Assembly (NCBI GenBank): GCA_032718475.1
Contig: JAUCBJ010003817.1
Location: 1 to 46,471 of the forward strand
Reading direction: 5' to 3'
Length of the DNA: 46,471 nt
Source: Nemertoderma westbladi
Lineage: Eukaryota; Animalia; Xenacoelomorpha
This document shows, one piece after another, positions 39,001 to 46,471 of the stretch (the stretch's first letter is position 1; the number at the start of each line of letters is the position of its first letter). The translations under genes and the position numbers were made by a program. The notes beneath the pieces are model-generated. The model had not been told where the DNA came from. It was given only the letters and a program-made list of their open reading frames with translations, and made no database searches.

Positions 39001-42000
39001 TTGCGGTTACGGTTACGTATTGCTAAATGATTCAGATTACCTGAGACTGGGACATTTCGAAGTTGTCTCCCAGACATACTTTTCATATCCTACTGTAATA
39101 ATCGTTATGTATCGTTACCCTCAAAAACAATTAGAGAAATTAAAGTAAGAAAACACAATTCTAGAACATATTTAACTAACTAATAACTTACTACTAAGGA
39201 GGCAGGATTTACGAAATTATACAGTAGTTATAATAATATTTTATACGATATTTGACGACCGGGTCATTGACCCCGATGCCCCTCATACAGTATGTGGTTC
39301 ATCCAGTAGCATCTATCCTTCTGTATTAGACGCCGAAACTCAGAAAACAATAAATATAATGGCACCTGTGCTCTCCGGCAAGCAGACCCCAGTAGATGGT
39401 GTACCATGACCTACACCTATAGGGTGTATTCTGCTCCTGAGTACTCAATGACCGTTAGAGCGATTGGCTTGTAAATGGACAAAGCCTTACAACTCCATCA
39501 TGGGTTGGATGAGGGCGCGTCTGTAATCTTGAGAGCGACATATACCTCTGCCGTGCAATGTAAAACGACCGCAACCCACAAAAAGTCATTTCGAGTAAAA
39601 CGCAAATTAGTGCTTGCCTTCAGATTGTTGGTTTACAATGTCCGTAAATTACTAATTTTTTATAACCCTAAGCAATTGGAGGTGGGAAATTTTTCTACGT
39701 GATAATTTTTCACGTTTCATTAATATTTTGACTTCAGGGTAATTTTGTGTACTTGCGGTCTTTTGCATTATACAACCTGTATGTAAATACATATTTAAGA
39801 CACATATTTCAAAAAATCGTGTGTGCGTTTTCTTATTATCTATGCAATGACAAAACACCGCAAGTCTTGTTGACTTACGGTTTTTTTTGCATAAATTTAA
39901 GTGACTTACGGTCTTTTTCCTTTGTAACACTATACATATGTTGTGACGTACGGCCTTTCTACATTGCTTATCTCGAAAACTAGAGTAGATACGGTGTGGG
40001 GCGAGCCACGAAGTGAGTGAGCCTTAGCGTAGTGGTACCATTAATCAACCTGTCGTTCTGTCGTTCTGTCGTGTTCAATTTTAAGCGTTAATAACTCGGC
40101 CAATCTTTGATGAAATCTATCCAAACTTGGTACACATGTTGTTTGGCAAAAGTTTAGAAATTTTCCAATTAGAATTTCCGTGTGGCCTTCGAGAAGCTAA
40201 GATAATAGCAGTTAATTAGTTAATTAAGTTGATTACGGTAAAAACACCATTTTCAACCTGCCTTTTAAAGGAAATTAATTGTTTTACAGTATAAGATTTA
40301 AATAATTATACTTAAAAATTATACAGATGTAATCCACATACGCCATTCTATTATAGTTTTTAATTAGTTCAAGTGATTTGCTTTAATAATTGTGTCTTTA
40401 ATTGATCTAAAGTAATTAAAACGGAAATTAAATACTAATTAAATAATTATTATAATTAATATTATAACTAAATTAAATTAAATACTGCTCATTTATTGGC
40501 TAACATGCTGGTACGATGGAAGGATGTGTGTGTAAGGCAGCTAGTTGCTGGGAATGATTATTGGTCAAGTCTCTGCTGGTGTGGAGCTAGCTGGGAGTTG
40601 TGGCTGTAGACTAACCAGAGAGGAATAGTAATAGGCAACCAGTATTGCTATTCCAGCCCAGACAGCATTCTTTAAATCCACTATAAATGTTGTATTGCTA
40701 TCTCAGGTAAATGACAAATATAATAACATAAATACAATCCATGGCATGGCTGTTGTAGGCTTCGGAAATAGTTTATTCCACAATGTATATGTCTGTTTAT
40801 TCTTTAATTGAATTTTTGCAAAGTAGTAAAATTAATGTTCTTAAAAATAATATTATTATTTTATATGTAACCTAGGAAATTAGCTACATTTTTTCGCTGC
40901 AGTTTTAAGAGTGTACATTGATTTAATATTATTTCAATACCCATATTACTACATCGGCATAAGATGCGTTGGCGTTGTATCACACATCTCCACATAGATG
41001 TATCAGCAGTTACTCGCACAGTTTCGAAACTTCGCATAGTTATAACTGTATAAAGATCGTCAGTTTACGTTTAGGGAAAATATTTTATGACAAAACAGGA
41101 CAAGCGACGAGCGCAACGAGGCATATAATGAAGACGAGTACTGCGTTGACTAAATTATTATATAAACCACCTGGCTTCACATATTGATCGCATCCCTAGT
41201 TATTATTATTATAAAGATCGTCCTAGCCTGCGTTTAAAGAAATATATTTAAATACAAAACAGGACGAACGCAAAGAGGCTTATCATGAAAACGAGTACTG
41301 CGTTTATTATATTCCTATAAACCACCTGGCTTTGCATATTCAACGTGCGATTGGAAATAAGTTCGTGCTACCCTTCCGTGGGTGGTAGATGTTGCGGTTA
41401 TGTATTGGTGGTTGGGAAGGGTGGGGGGGGGATATTAAAAGGGGTGAACACGTACTGTCCCCCTTTCTTTGATTGATTGGTGGTGTGGGTAAATTTCTCA
41501 AAACCTGATTTTGTGATACAGTCGCTCAATTTTAATTTGTATCTAATAACTGGGCATCGTGCTGCGCGAAGGCCCCACGAACGTGTTCTTGATTATACCA
41601 TTAGATAGAGCGCATTTTTTAGACCCAGAAAAGGTGTAAAGTGAATTATGGAAAAATGCGAATGGCGGTGATTTTACATTGCAGGGCAGACCTGCTTCAG
41701 GGCCTCACGCACTAAGAGGAGGTGCATGCGTGGCCGTTCCGTTTGCTGTCAATTTTCACGGCAGATTGAATTTGCCGTTAATTTTCACGGCAGAAGTTCA
41801 CAGCCGATTGAATTTGCCGTCTGCAGTACTTACGATAATATACTTTTTGTTACGCCTACAGAGGCAGTACTTACGATAATATACTTTTTGTTACGCCTAC
41901 AGAGGCAGTACTTACGATAATATACTTTTTGTTAGGCCTACTGCTGCAGTACTTACGATAATATACTTTTTGTTACGCCTACAGAGGCAGTACTTACGAT

Positions 42001-44942
42001 AATATACTTTTTGTTACGCCTACAGAAGCAGTACTTACGATAACATACTTTTTGTTACTCCTACAGAGGCAGTACTTACGATAATATACTTTTTCATCCT
42101 CCCTGTCTTTTGAAAACGATTCATCGTCATCTTAGGAAAACAAATTAATAAAACAAAATATACAATGTGGCAATTTTATTCAATAAAATAAATACAACGC
42201 ACCGTACAAGCGAAAATTAAAACACTTTGAAGATATAAAAGTATACATCACTAACATCATCCGCCAGGGCCAAAAAATGTCTACTAGTTATAAAAATAAA
42301 TTCTTAATATTCCCTTCAACCCACCCTTGTTAATGTTTACATAATAATGCACACGATACCTACCAAATAATTCACAACAACCAATAAGATCTTTAATTTC
42401 GCCCGAACGAAAATTATGAAGCCCGAAGTCAGTCAGTTGCAAAGTCCATCTACTGTTGACAACGCAGTTAGATGACTTCAAGTTTCCATGAGTTTCAATG
42501 TCAGTTGTTGACAAAAACGCCAATCCGTTGAGCATATCATAAATTAAAGAGGACCTAAACATATCGTCTAATTTTATCTCAGGATTTTCCAGTATGTCCT
42601 ATAAAAAAAATATTATATAACCCGATCGATATTTAATTATTTTAGAATAAAATAAAGCGAGATTTTTTTAGTCAGAGTTTATCCTTTTTTGTCCGATTTT
42701 GTTTTTTTTTTTGTTCCATTTTTTTTTAATAATAACTTTCCGCCCGTTTAGCTTTCAAACCGTTTAATAATAGAATGCAATACCCCCCCCCCCCTCCCCC
42801 CCTACCCGAACGGGTATTAAAGTGGGTGTGGTGTATGGGGTTGGTTTATTGTTTTGGTTAGGGGGTTGGGTTAGGCCTAGGACTACGTATGTTTACGATT
42901 ACGATTTCTGGAATGGTAGATTGTTGTTGTTGATTTCACTAACCCAACTAACCAAGCCAACCCAACAAATCCAATCCCAGCCAAACCAACCAATAATGGC
43001 AAGTAGAGATTGGAATTCACTAGCTGCCATATAAAATAATAACAAAGTGCTTCTGAATAATCAAACACAAATAAACGAACAAAGTAAAGAAAAATAAGTA
43101 AAAGAAAAGCAAAGAAACCTGATAAAAATTAAAAAAAACTGATGTAATGAGTAAAATAAACGGAAAGTAGAAGTTTATCTCTTCATAAATACATTATTCG
43201 GGCCATGTGAAGTATACCAGACTTTCTATCTGTTGTTATATTTCACTTTTCATTTAGCCTCCATGTAAAGAATACCAGATTTTCACTACAACCAACATGT
43301 AAAAGCTTCTGTGGGATATAACTGGCCCCTTTGCTTCGCAATCCAGTTTCCCCCCAGGCGCTGGAATACTCTAAAAAAGGTTCTCTAACTGTATATATAT
43401 TCCCCTCGCCCGCAAGGTACCGTTACAGGTGTTTTAACGGACATAAAAGTCATTCTGCTATATACGTGTTTTAGCGGACATGGTAAGGCAAAAAACCCGC
43501 AATACGGCAAATACTTTTACACAGCTTAGTCGTGATGATTCAGATTACGAATTCTAACAGCTGGTTGCTTAAATGGAAACAGCCATTGGACGCATGGTTC
43601 TTTGTTTGGCTTCAGCCAATCAGAGCGATTCTCTCTGTCGATGTGGAGCTTTGAGCCGATCATACTGGGATTGTTCAGTCTTACAGTTTTTTACTGATAC
43701 TTTGTTGTTATTGCTGTCTAAGCCAGAAACAACGGCTCTAGAAAGAAACATTAGTAGGCTTAAGATTATAGAGCGTATGACTGTTATCGGTTCATAACAA
43801 CTCACATATCGGTCCATATCAATGCATATCACTGTACATATCGGTTCATATCATATCTTAACCTACCGTCTTAATGTTTTACTGTTGTCATATCTTATAT
43901 CAGTGGATTGAATATTATTTGGAGAACATTTATAAAGAACCCAAATTTCCCAATTTTCTTGATACACTACAGGTTAGAGAGGCGGGTTATATATATAGCG
44001 ATTGCGACTTATATTATTGTGGTGTGTATTGAATTTAATGCTATTTGATAAGCCCTACATGAGTCCGTTGCTATTCTCTTTATATATGATAAAATTCATT
44101 GACGGTCGGCAAATTAGTGAGCAGTATTGTGCGTTACCGGTAGTGTGCATGATTGTGGCTGATAACTAAGCATTTCCTAAAGAATGCGCCTCATACGTGA
44201 ATCATAAGCCTTACCGACTTACCGTTGTGATTAGTATAAGTCATATCTCTGTTTACTTAGATAGAGCGCCACGTCCTAAAGGAACTGTTAATATTTCCCG
44301 AAAGTGAATAATATTAGTCAGAAATTAATTATTAACGATCAATCGAATAATACAATACCGTAAGCTTCACTGCAATAATAATCTAAGCCGACAGAATCCA
44401 GTCTCCCGGGATTATCCAGCGGGTGAATGGACGCGCACTAGGCTGGCTTCTGCTAATGTTGTGTTTATTGGTATTAAATATTTGTCATCTTCTAAAGTAT
44501 ATTTATAAATCAAAAGACATATAAATTTTGGCAGGTTAAACTGCTGAAGGTCTTCAAAAGCGCGTACACAACATTTAAAGAAATAAGCGCTATAAATTAA
44601 AACGCTTAATAAGGAGAAATTTTGAAAAATACAAATTCTTCATATATAAAATTCCAACAAAATTTCGAACGAAAAGTGAAACCCTGGTATTAGTGGTACT
44701 CTTCACATAGGCGCATTTTGTTGTATAAAATAAAATTAAATACATTTGAAAATACATTTAATCAATAGTTTTACAGTTACTGTATAGCTATTCAGACCCT
44801 ACTGTTGAACACAAACCTGTAGACTCCCTCTGCTCGCGTACTCGGTTAATATACATATATGTGGCGGGTCTATGCAGGCCCCGACGAACGGGCAGATGTT
44901 ATTGTGTTTGATTTGGTGAATATGCATCAGTTCTTTTCTAGT
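24083..44942 (-). CDS. Receptor-type guanylyl cyclase B (kinase-homology, hinge and cyclase domains), 3' part. Exons 44942-44817, 42598-42364, 28947-28795, 28645-28468, 27783-27643, 27245-27122, 27027-26889, 25415-25311, 25056-24832, 24168-24083
   Basis: Kinase-homology motifs [46 protein letters not shown] and [10 protein letters not shown]; hinge [23 protein letters not shown]; cyclase motifs as in GC-A. All introns are GT-AG with continuous phases. The terminal exon GKTSPEKF...GTVE* is less certain. Confidence 0.92.
24832..25056 (-). CDS. GC-B catalytic exon ([19 protein letters not shown])
   Basis: CACCAG| acceptor, G|GTAAGA donor. Confidence 0.93.
25311..25415 (-). CDS. GC-B exon ([35 protein letters not shown])
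   Basis: TCAATAG| acceptor, G|GTAAGT donor. Confidence 0.92.
25435..26415. repeat. 19-bp AT-rich minisatellite (ATATTATATTATACCACAT)n with higher-order duplication
   Basis: About 50 units; a variant block containing TAGTACACC recurs at ~25558 and ~25904. Confidence 0.97.
26889..27027 (-). CDS. GC-B exon ([46 protein letters not shown])
   Basis: TTGTAG| acceptor, G|GTAAGT donor. Confidence 0.93.
27122..27245 (-). CDS. GC-B exon ([41 protein letters not shown])
   Basis: CATGTAG| acceptor, GAG|GTAATG donor. Confidence 0.93.
27643..27783 (-). CDS. GC-B hinge/coiled-coil exon ([27 protein letters not shown]...RMLP)
   Basis: TTCGTAG| acceptor, AA|GTAAGA donor. Confidence 0.92.
28468..28947 (-). 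CDS. Two GC-B kinase-homology exons (28947-28795 and 28645-28468)
   Basis: [24 protein letters not shown] and [17 protein letters not shown], with matching splice phases. Confidence 0.9.
30143..30583 (+). mobile_element. Non-autonomous Helitron with an internal ~157-bp tandem duplication
   Basis: A|TC start (TCTATAACTATAAAA), CT microsatellite, 3' imperfect hairpin and CTAG|T end; duplicated block ~30200-30514. Confidence 0.65.
31334..31985. repeat. ~63-bp minisatellite (GGGTGATCTTCCACAGTAAACCCTTCCACTCTGTTTCCTAAAGGAATGCCTGTTCACCACCAT), about 10 copies
   Basis: Direct tandem units contiguous with a SINE head. Confidence 0.95.
31986..32150 (-). mobile_element. tRNA-derived SINE head and core
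   Basis: The minus strand reads GCAGCTTGGTCTAGTGG (A-box) and GGTTCGATCTC (B-box), then GGCTTTCATCCTTGGATGGTTGGTAAA, which resembles conserved SINE central domains. Confidence 0.6.
33480..34700 (-). mobile_element. Decayed RTE LINE relics (C-terminal part ~33480-33870; RT part ~34530-34700)
   Basis: Minus-strand translations [16 protein letters not shown] and [13 protein letters not shown], with stops and frameshifts. Confidence 0.6.
34721..36945 (+). mobile_element. 5'-truncated RTE-clade LINE, frameshifted, with (TAG)n tail and TSD
   Basis: Motifs [51 protein letters not shown] and LRFCGHCWR. The stop runs into TAGTAGTAG, and the element is flanked by AGTATTA(A)GTGCGGTA at 34705-34720 and 36943-36957. 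Confidence 0.93.
37130..37782. mobile_element. MITE with GG termini and 8-bp TSD (Merlin-like)
   Basis: TIRs GGCATT..GGTACACCTTGGGTACC; exact TSD GATACTCG at 37122 and 37783. Confidence 0.85.
37846..38499. mobile_element. Second MITE with GG termini and 8-bp TSD
   Basis: TIR core AGTTCCGTATGCAGTCGCATTT at both ends; TSD TAAATAAA at 37838 and 38500. Confidence 0.82.
38751..39086 (-). CDS. Divergent barrier-to-autointegration factor (BAF/BANF)-like protein, intronless, inside a GC-B intron
   Basis: [29 protein letters not shown]...[10 protein letters not shown] aligns by eye with BAF ([30 protein letters not shown]...FREWLKDTCG). Confidence 0.82.
   Translation of the reverse strand: MKSMSGRQLRNVPVSGNLNHLAIRNRNRKIRRVTGSYGVSMVLGIGQTFARKLKSHGYTKAYQLVSKFLLLQRSKVDFRKWLEKVCGPTFTKQYSMRVTYSVQTLVESLTD
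41823..42094. repeat. 41-bp minisatellite (GCAGTACTTACGATAATATACTTTTTGTTACGCCTACAGAG), about 6.5 copies
   Basis: Direct tandem units. Confidence 0.95.
42364..42598 (-). CDS. GC-B kinase-homology exon ([21 protein letters not shown]...[24 protein letters not shown])
   Basis: TTTTATAG| acceptor, G|GTAGGT donor. Confidence 0.93.
44817..44942 (-). CDS. GC-B kinase-homology exon ([42 protein letters not shown])
   Basis: TATTTCAG| acceptor, CAG|GTTTGT donor, phase 0-0. Confidence 0.92.
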
Positions 44943-45200
44943 CTGAAATAAGTTTAATTTCATGTTTATTACTGTGTCAAATGACACAGAAATAGTGAAG
45001 TTAAGTCCAGCCATTGTCAAGGTAATAAATACAATTATATAAAATTGTTACATTTTTTTTAATACAAAGATTTTTATTTAAAAACTACAAAAAAACAAAG
45101 TAAGTTGGAAATGATTATGATTAATTTAACAAACTGCAACAGAGATACTATATTATAGAGCGTATATATTAAAGTTTGTAGTACAGACTACAGAGTTCAA

Positions 45201-46064
45201 TTATAGAGAGCGTCTGTGGTATTCCAAAGGGGCCACGGTATAATTATCCACTCCAAACAATTCGCTCCTTCTACTCAAATACTTAACGAACTCCTCCAGT
45301 TGCTTAACAACTAGATCCACAACCTCGCCGTCTACATCGAGGTCGTTCATTATCTCCCCGAACTTTACCAACAGTCTCAGCAGGAAGGGCGCCCCGTATA
45401 GTTGGGTTAACGGGACCCCAGGATTGCTGCTGAGAACGTCCGAGTAATGGGCCCGTTCGAACCGGTACAATAGTTTACAACCGAGAGTCGCATTGAAGTA
45501 GTCCTTCAACCCTAGGAGGACCTCGGTGGTCGAACTGGGAATCCTCCCCAAAGTCTCCCGGGATTCCGTTATAAACTCGTCGATAACGCGATCGACAGGG
45601 ATGGCTGCAGGAACGATTGCTAAATGTTTCTGCCGGTTAACCAGATCCCAATCGTCCACTAGGAGCCCCTTGAGAGTATCGTCGATGGAGAGATTAACCG
45701 CGATCCTCGGTTTAGTTTCTACGGCTTCCGGTACCGGTTCCGTTCGGCGCCGTTTACTCCGAGTCGCTTCGTCGCTTCCTTTCTTACTCTTCGGTTTCCC
45801 CGATATGCCGTGGCTCTTCTTGTGATCCTCCATGACCGCCCGCTGTTTCGCCAGGTTGGCCTCGTTAATCTGTAGGATTCGTCCCTCAGGTACCCATTCA
45901 TCCCACTTGGTGTTCCACCCGTTGTAATGGACTTTTACCCGAATCGCGGACTGACCCCCTACATGCGGTTTATCTTTACTCTGTATTTTTACGATTCGCG
46001 CCTCATAGATCATCGAACCGTGGTGGCACAGCACCAGATCACCTTCGGAAAACTTCTTCGGCAT
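45201..46064 (-). CDS. MORF4L1: MRG15 / mortality factor 4-like protein (chromo-barrel plus MRG domain), intronless
   Basis: FSEGDLVLCHHG..YEARI, VHYNGWNTKWDEWVPEGRIL, LVDDWDLV, GLKDYFNATLGCKLLYRFER, YGAPFLLRL and Y.VAPLEYHR; intact 287-aa ORF. Confidence 0.95.
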   Translation of the reverse strand: MPKKFSEGDLVLCHHGSMIYEARIVKIQSKDKPHVGGQSAIRVKVHYNGWNTKWDEWVPEGRILQINEANLAKQRAVMEDHKKSHGISGKPKSKKGSDEATRSKRRRTEPVPEAVETKPRIAVNLSIDDTLKGLLVDDWDLVNRQKHLAIVPAAIPVDRVIDEFITESRETLGRIPSSTTEVLLGLKDYFNATLGCKLLYRFERAHYSDVLSSNPGVPLTQLYGAPFLLRLLVKFGEIMNDLDVDGEVVDLVVKQLEEFVKYLSRRSELFGVDNYTVAPLEYHRRSL

Positions 46065-46471
46065 TAGACAGTTAGAATTAGGCCTATCTTTAATTTATCA
46101 ATTTATCCACACCAGTTGCCAGTCTCCAGTGCCTTCCAATTAGTGAATCAATTAAATACCCTGATACCGGTATCCTACAGTCCTATGCCTGTATGCAGTA
46201 CAGCAGTAGTTCATGTAGTTAGGATGCCTAACAGAGTAGGCCTACCGTAAAGTCTGAAAGTACATAACACCAAACCCCAAAGTCTGAATAGAAAGGCTAA
46301 GTTTCATTTTCGGTAGATTGAAAATAAAAATTTTCAAAATTTACACTTATATCACTGAATTTCAAGTAGGTATCTACTTATGTTTCTACGTAATTCCAAT
46401 TTTTTTGGTATGTCGAGGCAGAGAGGGGGCCTACTCTACTTGAGTCAAGTCCAGTTTGTTCGTAATTTAAT

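Overview
AT-rich, intron-rich eukaryotic DNA, most likely an invertebrate animal. There is no prokaryotic signal and no CRISPR array. The backbone is a convergent (tail-to-tail) pair of paralogous guanylyl cyclase genes. GC-A (+) has 11 exons from 6120 to 21120. GC-B (-) has 10 exons from 44942 to 24083, including a kinase-homology domain. Both 5' parts lie outside the window. One catalytic exon plus its splice flanks (256 bp) appears identical in the two genes while the other exons are clearly diverged. This forms an inverted repeat around an ~8.1 kb segment holding both C-terminal tails. GC-A's tail is built from three two-exon modules that each start with a 73-bp exon. Apparently nested in introns are a spliced tyrosine-recombinase-like gene followed by a GTTAGCACT repeat cluster, an intronless MRG15/MORF4L1 gene and a divergent, basic BAF-like gene. 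The introns and intergenic space also hold CR1/L2- and RTE-type LINEs, tRNA-derived SINEs, MITEs with 8-bp TSDs, non-autonomous Helitrons and seven unrelated minisatellites. All exon calls were made by eye from GT-AG sites, phase continuity and motif recognition; no searches were run.
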